DNA of 63,236 nt, filler included, from Lenisia limosa (lineage: Eukaryota; Protista; Breviatea): assembly GCA_001655205.1 (NCBI GenBank). It is 12 parts of 12 records of this genome, joined end to end, with 100 filler letters (N's around TTAATTAATTAA, not from the genome) between each part and the next. Parts side by side here need not be neighbours in the genome. Positions count along the whole stretch, not along the records: positions 1 to 17,064 come from LPNZ01005553.1; 11 more parts are not named here. One strand, given 5' to 3'. Both the position numbers and the translations under genes were made by a program. Of the stretch, positions 1-12,600 are shown in pieces. Below the pieces are notes generated by a model. The model did no database searches, was not told the origin of the DNA, and saw only the letters and a list, made by a program, of their open reading frames with translations. Every line of letters begins with the position of its first letter. The stretch's first letter is position 1.

Positions 1-149
1 AAACAACAAAACAAACAAAGCCCAGATCAGTCGCATCTGCAGCACTGCATCCCATCATTTGACTGATGAATACTGGCGGAAAGGTGGGATTCACGAATCC
101 GAATTGGAAGGTAAACACAGGGAAAATGAAGTACACAAACCTGAGTAGA

Positions 150-793
150 GCTCAAGGGCATGAGTCCGGGAGGGAGGGCAGTTACGGCCGCGTCCAGACC
201 GCCAACAACAGGCAGACCGCAGGCATGACGAAGGGAATTAATGAACTCTGCAGGGAAGATTTGACGAGTCTCCCAGACATCCAGTGTGCGGGTGACGCGG
301 TTCTAAAAACAGTCAAAACCAACATTCTACCGACAATCAACACCACATCAATGGTACTTAATATTGCCCAAAAAAACCCCAAACCTGGTCACTGGCTTCC
401 ACGCTGTTGTAGATCAGAGGAAGGCAATCTGGTAGAACTCGCTAAACAATAAGCCGTGAATTGAAAGCAAAAGGCCTACAGCAAATGGGGTGGAGAAATG
501 TTTTCCCTTCCTCTTGGAATTCTGTACAACATCATTGCAGACGTAAAGATGGAGAAGTCTGTGTGACGGAGTGCCTTCATGAGTTAATAGCAAGAAGAAG
601 GGGAAACATACTTTTTTCGAGAGAACGCTTCCAAATCTTAACAAGCTTCTCAGACTCCTTCTTGTTGTACACCATCCAAGCAGAGGTGCCTGCAAGGTGA
701 AAAAGGATGGCAGTTGCCAAACAAACTTTCAATACTGTTCTGTGTCCCAACTAAGTTAACCAGCATCTTTTGAAACTTCTCAAACTTCGCCAT
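150..793 (-). CDS. RPRD1: RPRD1/Rtt103-like CTD-interacting-domain (CID) protein, 5' part; continues beyond window start
   Basis: Spliced exons read MAKFEKFQKMLVNLVGTQNSIE, GTSAWMVYNKKESEKLVKIWKR, RLLHLYVCNDVVQNSKRKG and ENRVTRTLDVWETRQIFPAEFINSLR. These match the CID pattern (YLANDVIQNSKRKG; RV..IW.ER.VF). Confidence 0.85.
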
Positions 794-1074
794 TTTGACG
801 AATCAGCGGACTATTATTTCAGTGAATTCAAAAAATGCTCGGGGTTTTCGAAAAGGGAGAACCGTTCGTATATCTAGAAACACTAACAATACGTCTACTT
901 AGCAATAGTATTTAAAACCTTGTAAATTCGTGAACTGGAACAAAAACGGTGAAAAAGGGTGTAACATGGGGGTTCTATATTAGGTCTTTTTGGAAATTTC
1001 TGTTTCTTCTTGGCCTCTCTTCAGGCTAGTTCCCCTCTAAATAGTACTCTGCATATTCCAATAATTGAACGACA
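794..1074. promoter_or_regulatory. Probable bidirectional promoter between RPRD1-like gene and NOC2
   Basis: About 280 bp separates two head-to-head start codons. Inferred from the arrangement only. Confidence 0.55.
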
Positions 1075-4000
1075 ATGCCAGCTCCCAACAAACGGACGAA
1101 GAAGTTTGAGAAAGGTAAGTTTTGCACGCATGCATCCCTCTTTCCCTCTCTTTTCCCTTAATATATATAGCACATGGAGGTAATATCTTGAAGAAGAAAA
1201 TTAGTCAGCGAAAAGTACGCTCTCGCGTTACCAAGCAGAACACCGAACGTGATCTCAAAGCACTTGCAACTGAGAACCGTTTAAAGGAACAGGAGGCTCA
1301 AGATGAAGAAGAAAAGTTTGCCTTGGGGATTGTTAAAACTTTGAATTTTGACAATTTGCTCTTTCTCTTGTTTTACCTCTCCGTGTTACTCCTTCTAAAT
1401 GGTTTTTCCAAAGTTGAACTAGGTAGTATCATGGTGGGCTGTATTGTATCATACACTGTCCTTTATGTGCCAATATGAAACAATATTGACGCAAGCAGGA
1501 AGGAACTTGAGGCAAAGGAAGAGTTTGCTGATCTGAAGGATCTTGATGAGAGCGACTCCGATGAGGACGAGGACGAGGATATGTCTGGTGATGAAAAGGA
1601 GAAGTTGAAAGAGAAAGACAAGTTACAGGTTGGGAAGGTGTTAATTACAAAATGATCTTTTGATTTTTTTTGTACGATAATGATTTAGAAATTGATCAAC
1701 CAATGGGCTGAAGGAAACGACGCCGACAGAGTTGCTGGACTTCTTCTCATCAGACGTCTATTCATCGCAAAGCCTTCGATGCGTGATGCCATTCTCAGAG
1801 TAGGACGCTTTGGGCGTCACTTTGGTCCTTTAAAAGCCGTTGTCATTTTTAAACAGTGATTCTATACAGCTAACTGAAATCCAACTTACATTGTCCCAAA
1901 TCAGATGAAGTTTGCAACCCTTGATCAATATTTCAATATCCATATCCGAATCGATCTTATGAGCAACAAATTATGACCTTCCAGAAAATGTACACTACTT
2001 TCATCCGCGTAAGCTCGGTGGTGAACACCCACACTGCTGCCGGAATTGGTTTTATGATCAACGGTATTTCTGAGATCTTCGGTGAGGACACAGACGCCGG
2101 GCACCGAAGGGCCTTCAACTCTATCAAACAACTAGCTGTTCATCTGAAGGCTGCGGTGAGGAGCAAAGGGGATTTCTTTGGAAAATCTAGTTTATTTCTC
2201 CTCTTGGGAACTATCTTCCTTTGATTTTGGTCCACTAATTTACGATCACAATCTGCTCTCTCATTTGCTTTCTTGCACTGACTGGATCAGCTTACACAAA
2301 AAGACGAAAGTCACAGAGTGTATAACTGGCAAGTTGTCAATGCTCTCCGACTTTGGACTAAGGTCATTTGTACTCACGCTACTAAGGTTGGTTCATCTCG
2401 TGATTGTTCTCTTTGGGGCTCTAGTTTAGCAATAAAAATAGACTGACATCCGATTTCCACACTGTCTGATATGTGAGTATTACAGTATGTCATTTTTTTC
2501 ATACACCCTCCTTTGACATTTTAGGGTGACGTCAGTGACCTCATTTACCCCCTGGTTCAGGTATGTTAAGGACCGTTCGGGTACACGAATTTTAGGTAAA
2601 TTTGCGTAAATTTTGTAAAGAAAATTAAGTTTCAAGTACCTACTAGGTGGTACTTAAACATTCGTAAATTTACTGTAAAATTTTGGAAACCCGAATGCGA
2701 ACTTTAAAATTTTACGTAAATTTACGGAAAATTCGTGTACCCGAACGGCCCCTTATACTATCATATAGAAGGTTATACTGGCCGGAGCCGTCCACNNNNN
2801 NNNNNNNNNNNNNNNNNNNNNNNNNNNNNNNNNNNNNNNNNCAACTCTGTGCACACAGCTTTCTGCGTGCCTCACAAGCATACGCCTTTTTTAGTCTCCG
2901 ATGCCATCGGATAAAGATGTGTGTCATATTGGTGGTGCCTAATACACCAGATTATCCACGGTATCTCCCGCCTCATGCCGACACCCCGTTTCTTCCCCCT
3001 CCGTTTCCACTGCATTGGCCTTCTCAACGACATTGCCGCCGCGACTGGCTCGCATGTCCCTGTTGCTGCTGACCTTCTCGAGGTTTGCTACGTGCCTTAT
3101 TCTTAACCTCGTGATTTGTTGTACGATATTGAATTCCAATCACCCCTCAGGTCCTTGCACACCCTTCCCTTCATAAGAAGCCCCAAGGAAAGAACCCCGT
3201 GTATGATTTCCGCCTCAACATCAAGGCTGCCGCCTCCACCATTTCCACCAAACTCTATATTGTAGGAACACGAAAGCTATGTCAAATTAACCTTCAAACT
3301 GTATCGTATGATATAATCTGATGATATTCAAGGCTTCACTTTGGTTCGAAAAAAGACTGGATTTCCCGATTAATCCTCGAAAACTATCGATATTTTATCG
3401 GTCTTTTTCGAACCGAAGTGAAGCCCCAATGGTATTGATATCTTTTCTTTTGCTGGGGAACTGAGAAATGAGAAGTTCATTGTAATCCAGGACACCTGCA
3501 TCAACACAGCACTTACGCTTCTGGCCGAGTCTGTGGCAACGTTCTCCACCTCCATTGCCTTCCCCGAAGTTTCCATCCCTATTTCCAACTCCTTAAACAA
3601 ATTCAAGCGCACCATCAAGGTTGGCCTCGGAATACTTATAATTGTCGTTGAAAAGCCTTGCACTAAACTCATCAAATCGTATCATTCCGGTAACTTTGGG
3701 AGACGTCTTGATATGATGCTCAAATCTACAAATATTTTCACGTTTCTAATCTACCAGTCTCCTGTGTTCCGTAAAAAGGCTGCAAACTTTGCTGAAGCTA
3801 TTGAGCAGTGTGTCAAGGTGCGAGGGGGCGTAATTGTCAAGACTCTTTTTGTGGCATTTGTTGTGTTTTGCTCATCTTTTTAGATCTTGAGAAAGAAGCG
3901 TGCGGCAGTTAACTTTGCCCCTTCTGATACTATTAAGGTTTGCTTTATGCGAATTCTGAATAGATTGTGAACAGTTTATAATCTCAATAAGACAGCATAT

Positions 4001-4989
4001 TTATAGGCTCTTCAAGCGTCTTGTATTCTATTATACGATTTGTTTAAGAAGCATAACTTACCTTGAGGCGATTGGGAACCTCTAGCATCCCATTTCTTCA
4101 TAGAAGCGCTCCAGTTCTTTTTAATAGCCATTGAGGAAAGAGGCTTTTTTACAGTACACTCCATTATATAGAGGCATATATAGTCTCCGATGCTGGATTG
4201 TTGTCGGGGATTTGTCGAAATAACTACGTTTTTTTTTTTTCGGACAAAGCGTATAGCTGCGGCGTTTCTGTAGTCAACTCTATGGCCTGACAATCTAGGT
4301 CGAGAAGTTTGCCAACGAAATGGCTGAAAAGGGTGTGACTATGGTGAGTGAGCCATTTTTGAACAAAAATTAAAAAAAATTGAAGCAACACAATCATCTT
4401 CAACTCTTCCAAAAACTCTTGTGTTTTTAAAGAAATGACCCCCCTCCCCCCCAGGTCTCGGACCTCGCTGAAAAGTGGCGAAAGGAGGAGGAAGAGGCGC
4501 GCAACCCCGACCTGGAGCGTGAAATTCAGAAGACTCGCGCCGCCGAGGCTGAGGAGAGCGATGACGGAAGCGACGAGGGCGATATGGACATGGTGGCAGA
4601 GTCAGACGACGACGAATCAGGTTTGGCTAAATGAGGTGTTGTTGGTTTTTTTTGTGGCATGTTGACAGTTTTAAGAGGGGCAGTCATGTTGGTGCAGAGC
4701 ATGTGGCATGTTGACAGTTTTAAAAGTGGCAGCCAACTACACGTTCAGAAAGAATAGTTTTATACGTTTACGTTTATCATGGCGATTGTATAGTTGAGAA
4801 TATAAAACATGGTTGGATTGTATTAGGATACCATACCATATGAGATAAAAATCAAGGATTAATCGAGAAAATTAGTTTTTTTTTTGGGACGGAAGTGACT
4901 ATCTGAATGTTGATGCCCTAGGTTCTGATGGAGCGGAAGCGGAAGATGCCGTCAAAGACCTGGAGTGGAGTGATAGTGATGACGAGTAG
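1075..4989 (+). CDS. NOC2: Nucleolar complex protein 2 (multi-exon)
   Basis: Start MPAPNKRTKKFEK. Motifs KMYTTFIR...GIGFMINGISEIFG...RRAFNSIKQLAVHLKAA, LIHQIIHGISRLMPTPRFFPLRFHCIGLLN, FSTSIAFPEVSIPI and KKRAAVNFAPSD. Acidic C-terminus ...DLEWSDSDDE* with TAG at 4987-4989. Confidence 0.9.
2569..2752. mobile_element. PIF/Harbinger (Tourist-like) MITE in NOC2 intron
   Basis: TIRs aggaccgttcgggtacacgaattt / aaattcgtgtacccgaacggcccc, flanked by TTA on both sides (2566-2568, 2753-2755). Confidence 0.85.
3329..3428. mobile_element. hAT-type MITE family A (~100 bp) in NOC2 intron
   Basis: TIRs ggcttcactttggttcgaaaa...ttttcgaaccgaagtgaagccc. 8-bp flanks atgatatt / atggtatt (7/8). Confidence 0.85.
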
Positions 4990-5347
4990 AGGTTTCTTAG
5001 AGGTTCTTGGTTTAGCGATTCAATTCTTTACATTAACTGAAACAAGGCAAACCTTCAATATGTTTTTTTTGGAGCATTATAAGAAATAATATCAGTACTG
5101 TGTGGAATGGGGTGGCTTGTATCTGCGTCGGATATTGTATGTATTTGTGTTTGAAGCGAAAATATCTTCATAACCAGTGGATGGGAACCACCCACAACCC
5201 TTGCCGCCACCGCCGGCCACCAAATAAGAAAAAAATTGGGTTAGAAAAGACGAAAAGACGAAAGGGAAAAAAGGGAAGCAACTGAACTCTGAGAAGAATC
5301 AAAAACAACACTGAAACTCAGCAGAAGACAAGAGATACTCGCTCAAG

Positions 5348-8300
5348 ATGCTCTTGAGCTTGGCTCTCCTCTTTATAGTGTCTATCACTTCGTTTGGTAC
5401 TAATGCAATGTAAGCGGCTATTTAACGAGAACCTCGCCACCACTCATTCTTCCACGATCCATCCGTCCTTCTTGTTCCATAAACCTGCCGGATTGGAACC
5501 ACGGTCAAGTGTTCTCCACATCCCCTTTTTATGGTTCAGATCTCTGTCATCAAACGATGTTGTTCATGCCACGAGCGTTGAAGTAGAGACACTCACACTN
5601 NNNNNNNNNNNNNNNNNNNNNNNNNNNNNNNNNNNNNNNNNNNNNNNNNNNNNNNNNNNNNNNNNNNNNNNNNNNNNNNNNNNNNNNNNNNNNNNNNNNN
5701 NNNNNNNNNNNNNNNNNNNNNNNNNNNNNNNNNNNNNNNNNACCCTGTATAGAACAAACTGGTGCCTATGTGGAGCTTGAACAAGATGCGGTCTTAAAGG
5801 TACATCAAACTCTTGATTATTATCATCTTCACAGCTTTCGGGATCAATCTCAACCACAATGACGATGGAGTATTGGTATAAGCTCTCAACTGTGCCTGTG
5901 GAACCACAAACTCATTTTTCATTGGTCACGGTAGGATACTTGACCACTCACATATAGTCAACACTGGGATATTAATGCTGTCTATTTATAAGTTGACTTG
6001 CAAGCTCTTATTTTTGTTAGAAATGTCCAACCAACACAGTTTTCCGGTTTCGGACAGATGCAAACTTTGACCGTTTCTACACACAAATATCAGTTCATTT
6101 ATCTTTGTAGATTGTTACATCATATGATATGCATTTGCCCACACCATACTTTTAACCCGTACAGGAGTCTGGAGAAGTTTCTGTTTCATCCTATCGACGC
6201 AACTCACTTCTTCTGGAAGTCAACGGGGTGAGCATGGGGCCAAATTTTCTCACAATATTAATTGTTTTTTACTCTTCGTTTTCCATTCATATGCCACAAG
6301 TATTTGAATGAAGTCTTAGGCTGGAGTGATTGTTCCGTTGAGATATACCTTGTTCGATGTTTGGCACCATGTGTCTATCAGCATCCAGCCCGGAAGTGCT
6401 GTGAGGCTTCTTCACGGTTTGTTTTTTGGGCCTTCACTGCCATCCATGACAGCTGAAAACAACATTTTTATGTTTACAAACCAACAATTGGCCTTCATTG
6501 GATCAAACGCTTCAGACTTCGAATTGGTGTCCGAATTAAATATCTTGCCACGTACCTTCCAGTCTAACTGCAAACTCTATTTGGGAGGAAGCGTCTCGAA
6601 TTACGCTGCACCGGTATGCTCTGCTATGCTATTGTCACAATTCTAATGTACATTATATGTCTAAGCAAGTTGAATTGATTAAATATCATTCAACAACTTT
6701 GGTTACTTGTCTTTAGGTTTTCGACCCCCTCTTTTCCGCAGCCATTTCTTTCCACAAAGTTCTTATCAAGTCAGAGTACACTACTGATGGTGGGCATCTT
6801 TGACTATTTTGAAATGCTTCGTTCTCTTTTGGTTTCTGTTGCTTTTAAGAAAGCAAAGTCCTCAATTGCTTACGATTTAGCTGCTGTTGTGAAAGACCGT
6901 GCATTCTCTGACTTCGCTGTGGTAAGGAGAGGAAGTTAATCAAGTTACCGTGGAGAGAGGAGGGGGGGCTCATCAAGAGATTTTTTATTTACTTAACACT
7001 ATAGGATGGGACCACTTTGGCATTCTTTGATTTTTCGATGTTTGACAGCGCAGTCTTTACAGTAGGTGGGAGGGCTGTGGGTCAAAGAAGGGTCATGGTA
7101 TAACTGTTTTATGTCTTTTGAGAAAAAGAAAATTACACGTTTTGGAATATCATATTTTGTTTTGCTCTGAAGCCCAATAGTTACTCTTTAGGGAGAAGGT
7201 CTGTTGACCCCGACGTTTGAGGTCAACCCAAGCGACGTTGCCACAGGTGGCCTTGTGTCCCAAAGAGTGGGGGGGGGGGTTGACAACGGAAGGCTTCGCT
7301 AGTGTAATAGGCTTCCCAACGGTCCAAGAAAAGACTACTTCCCAATAAATCCTCGATAAATATCGATATTTTGACGCTCATTTTCGGACCGCAGGGAAGC
7401 CCTAGTATACGCTTGTATGAACCTGGGGGCACTTTTCATGCTGAGAAGGTTAATTGATGCCATTTCCTCAGGCTTCATCCTATTCAGGTATTATTCACCA
7501 TCTTTCTGGTCCCAACAAACATGCTCCTTACCAAAACAAGACTGAATTTGATGGATCGTGGGGCTTCACTTCGGTTCGAAAAAAGACTGAATTTCTCGAT
7601 AAATCGTCGAAAACTGTCGATATTTTACCAGTCTCTTTTGAACCGAAGTGAAGTCCTACTAGATCATCAATCAATAAAATTATTATCCTTTCTTCTATCA
7701 GGAAGCCCAGGAGCCAGAGCTGTTAGTACTGTTTTTACTGTTCAGAGAGCAAGACTGTCTGACTTCCTCCGTATGGCATTTGAAACAAACCGTCAAATTG
7801 AACTTTTGAAAGAAGAGGTTGGTGTTCTCCCTTCTTCCTCGATGTTTCCCTTGTCTCAGCAAGGGTCTTGGGAAACACTGGTTCTGATATTTGGCTTTAC
7901 TGTACAAAACCAAAAACCTTCCTCTTTTAGAACACCAAGACTGTCATAAATGAAAACAGCGGCCTCAGCGCTTCAGTTCAGCCCGACGACTTGATCCGTG
8001 GGGCTTAAGGGGAATGACGTGGATTAACTTCTTAGAACCGCGAAGGGCTTTCAATTGTTACGGACGATATGCGGTTTTGGTGAGCTAAATCCTGAAGAGG
8101 GACATTACTCAAGCTTACATTGCTTATCTCATTTGTTAGGTACTATATATGATGTGTAATACATAAGAAGAACGTGAGCCGCTCAATTAACGTATTAGGA
8201 CTTGGCAGCGTATTCTTACCCGACAACCGAAACGACTTTAATTCTTCACTACAAAGTAACAGACGTAGGCCCTGCGAACGGAAGGAATCCGTTTTTATTA

Positions 8301-9556
8301 CATTACTCTGAGTGAATCTAGTTTTAACAAAATTTCTGTAAAAGGAATTGGTGTAAAAGGCTTCAGCCTGATGTTTTTTGTTGTTTTTTGCTTTTGCCTT
8401 TTTTTATTCTCCATTGCTACATGTCCCCTCTCAGATCTCTAGATCACCACCGTGAGCTCGCCTTTTGGGCTTGGTGGAAGCAATGACATCGCTCCAATGT
8501 TCATTTCTGGAGCGCTTAGATCGGTATGATGGGGGTNNNNNNNNNNNNNNNNNNNNNNNNNNNNNNNNNNNNNNNNNNNNNNNNNNNNNNNNNNNNNNNN
8601 NNNNNNNNNNNNNNNNNNNNNNNNNNNNNNNNNCCTCAGCTCTCATGCAGAAAGTGACCTTTTAGCACTTCAACGGAGTGAGCAAAGATTGGACCTCTTC
8701 TAACTTCTACGTGAATGAATGGGTGACGATGGTGGTCACGTGGAAGGCTGGCAACACGTATCTGAGAGTCAAAGACATTGATACTACTTTTGTGCTTAGC
8801 TCAGGCAGTCTGGAGCCAAATACAAACTTTAAGGTCTCCGTGGGAATGGTAAGTCAGATTGACCTGTTCATTTCTAGGAATATGACACAGACACGCCGTC
8901 GGACTATTTCAAAGGCAGCATAGCCCAGGTATGAGACCGGAATAAATACCACAACGCTTATTAGTTAATTATGTTCAATCCCACGAAAGATTCCTATTAT
9001 TTGCTCTTATCTGACCTTTTTTTGTTTCTTTTATGAATCCCCAGGCCTACCTTTTCGACAAGGTGCTCACGAGTGAAGAAATCGCTGACCTCGAGACACA
9101 GATGTTCTATAAACTGCCTGAGGAATCTGGCATTTCCTACATGTTCAGGTAAGCCATGTGACTTTGACCTGATAAATCCCAATTCAAGTCTAATTCAAGT
9201 TGGGTCAATCTGTAGCTTCTGGCTAATTTCCTCTAGAGGAACATATAAGGAGGATTGGATCGACTATGACAACCTCCAAGTGCAGTCCTACCCAGTATGC
9301 GTCTGAACAGTGATCAATATCGAGTACTCATTGGAGTTAAAACTTAACCTCCATGTTTCTTTGGACTTATTTCTGGTATCTAACTCCCCCAGGCAAACAG
9401 CACAATTGTCGCCAGCACCACTCCCATTGCTATGTACTATCCGTAAGGGGAGGGGGTGACAATCAGATCTCTTCACTGTCCTCTTCATATTCCTTCTACA
9501 ACTATATATCTTCCTGTGCCAAAAGTACAGTACCTGCATATTGTCTTCCTACATAG
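5348..9556 (+). CDS. Secreted protein with two probable LamG/concanavalin-A-like domains (multi-exon, internal gaps)
   Basis: Signal-like start MLLSLALLFIVSITSF. LamG-like segments TMTMEYW, DVWHHVSISI...KLYLGG, NEWVTMVVTW and AYLFDKVLTSEEIADL. Last exon ...AYCLPT*. Confidence 0.65.
7308..7404. mobile_element. hAT-type MITE, subfamily B (TIR tagggcttccctgcggtccgaaaa)
   Basis: taggcttcccaacggtcc...ggaccgcagggaagcccta, with the same core (aaatcctcga..tatcgatatttt) as family A. Partial B copies at ~27390, ~35261 and ~63163. Confidence 0.75.
7559..7658. mobile_element. hAT-type MITE family A
   Basis: Near-consensus copy gggcttcacttcggttcgaaaaaagactgaatttctcgataaa...gaaccgaagtgaagtccta. Confidence 0.85.
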
Positions 9557-9687
9557 GCAGTTTTTACTCGTGTAGTAACAGCCTCCCTCCCGAAGGCTTC
9601 GCAACCGTCGCCCCCCAGTGGCCGCAGTAATGTGGAGAGAGACAAAATTGCAATAATAATAATCGACTATGTACAGCATTGGAGAGG

Positions 9688-12600
9688 TCACGGGATGGTC
9701 CAATCAATGGGGTTGATACTGAGCAAATCATTGACGTTCTCGGAGAAGTTGCAGCCAAAGAACCCTAATGACATTATATGGCTGAAAAAGAGGGGAGGGG
9801 GGACGAAGGGAATTTCGATGAAGAATATTGGCTAAGTACTAATCCCGAACGAATAACCGTAAGGACACAAGAGGGTGAGTATGAGAAGGATATTGCCATA
9901 AATTCATATCAGCATGTATGAAATAATTTATGATATGGTATGCCTGTATTATATGATGTATCACTGAATAACAGCAAGAAAGAAAAGAGGGGAAGGGGAA
10001 AATAAAAATGAGAGAGAAAAAAGCCCTACCAGCTCGACAAGACAATGGCGAGGGGTGACTTGCTGGATGGTTAAATCGGGATCAAATATCCTTTCAAGCA
10101 GACTTTTTATTGGCAATTGTCCAATGGATGCAATGATAATAGAGAATGGGAACTGCGCTCACCAGAGAACTGAGGGTAGTCACAGCCTCCCTTCTTGGCC
10201 ACTTTCTCGTAAAACGCCTGAGCTGCCCCTCCAAAATTGAGCCAAACAGTCTCATCGGCAAGGCCATCTGGAAGTAAAAACGTGTTTCAAACATTGGTAT
10301 TCCCCTCTTCCTCTCCTCAACTCCAAAGAAAAATTGAACACTTGTAAGTATCAATAGCCGGCAACATACCTGCCAGAACATCGACCAGCCACTTATCCCA
10401 TCCAAACGACTTGTGCGAAACTGCAGAGATGAAATGAAAACTGTCGGGGAACAAGTGGACATATTATATGAAACAAAAAAAAGGCCCACAATCAACTTTG
10501 TTGGCTGATAACACGAGGGTTAAAAACAACAAAACAAAACCCAAGCCAGTTGCTTCTGCAGCACCGCATCCCAAAACTGCGGGGAAGTAAAAATGGAAAA
10601 AATAAAAAAGAAGATCATTGCGGATGAAATGCAAATGGTGAACTGGAAAAATGGACTGAAGCCTATTCATTCAAGAAAGAAGTGAAAGAAAAGAAACAAA
10701 AGGAAAGAATTATCGAAAGAAAGAAAGAATTTGGGAAAGAATCGAAGAAAGAAGGGCATACATATTTGACCACTCCTGACAGTGAGCGTTGTGTTCAGTA
10801 GTAGGACACCCTGGTCCGCCCACGATGACAGATCGCCATTTCCAGATGTCGAGAAACCACTGTTCTGGGGAGGGAAATAAATAAAAAGGACTTAACATGG
10901 GGAGGCAACTAGGGCTTCACTTCGGTTCCACAAACCGAACTCAAATTCTTGGGTTTGCATTCCCCCAGATATTGATGCATTTAAGTTCAAAATTGAAAAT
11001 CTTGAAAAAACCTCGATATTGATTAATCTAAACAGCTCTTAATTAATCAATAAACCATGTCTTGCTGCTTAAGAAGGGGTGAAGGGTGTGAGATCGGAAT
11101 ACTCTTGGTGATATCGATAGTTTTCGGGGATTTGTCGAGAAATTCAGTCTTTTTTCGAACCGAAGTGAAGCCGTATACTGAACCATTTAATTCCGGACCA
11201 ACCTCCAGTTCTGTACATAAGTTTTTGAGGCTCTTCGGGAGAGTGCCGGTACCAGAGTATGAGAAAGCCAAACCATCTGCATCACCAGGAGTTGGGTATG
11301 GGTCCTGAAATTATTGTGATAATATACCATAGTGATGAGAAAAAAACAACCTTCCACAAGCTCACGCAGAGAGATATTGGAACGATTATTATGATAGTTT
11401 ATTAAACTTAGTAATCATGATAACACTATTCCGAACACACAAGTGATGTTCAGGAGAAGTTGGAGACAGTATATCGAGAATATGGTCTATGACGACGTTA
11501 ACGACTTTGGATACACCGGCCCCAACCTGGCCTAAAAGAACAACAAGCGTGTCGTTTTGTGGGCACTTCGCGAAGGCTGCAAAAACCTTCTCCGGAGATG
11601 GGAAGATTTCTAGACCAATGACTCACGTGACGTCAACCAACCATTGGCATGAGCGTCAAGATTGATTTTATTGACAATCAGAGAAAGCTTGTGTGAATGC
11701 CTTTCGAACAGATCCCTCCAGTTGTTCTGTTTCAGTGAGTGTAAGAACAAGTTGAGTGAGATATTTCTTCATGCGAGAACCGCTTACATCTGGCACAGTG
11801 TTGATTAAATCATCAACGGTAACGGTCTTCCAGTCCAAGCCATGAGGCTAAATTGGTCAAAAATGATGATGTTAAGTATTGTAAGTAATTCTCTTGCACT
11901 TTCTTACTTAGATCTTCAAATCCCCGACTTTATCATAGTCAATACACTAACCTTCAGAGGTGAAGAGAACTCCGTTCTCACGTGGACTGAAATTGGGCAG
12001 TGGTCAGACCTTTAACGTCAGCCATCGTATAGAACGATAAACAAAACAAGAAACATAGACCGATAAACAAAACAAGAACACAGCCATTGTGTAGATAAGC
12101 AAAACAAGAACACAGCCATCGTACAGATCAACAAAACAAAGCAGTTTCATACCCTTGAACATGGGGATGGTGCTTGCATTGCGTCACATTTGGAAGGATA
12201 TTACTGGTTGTGAACACATGGTCAAGTCTCCATCCTGAATGAAGATGACTTGTGTACAGAAAGTCTCTTTAGACTCAACACGGGAGTCTGTAAAGAACAT
12301 CGAGAGAAACAACCATATCAGATCTTACCTGCTTTCTTTTCCGCTGAGCGGTTACTCCAAAAAGTGAAATTCTCGCAACACTGTGAAGATTAGGTAACAT
12401 TAGTAAGATGATGTTAACATAGACATCAGTATAATAGCTGCCAACCTCTCCATTCTTGTCAACCCAGGCGTCCTTCAGACCAATCCTCGTGCACATCGCA
12501 GACCAAGACTCTCTCTCAGCCAGGGTGAAGCCTGCTGTGTTCATCTGAGTTGGTTAACAAAGATCTGTTCAATGGTTGATGCATTTTTTAGCTTCTTTGA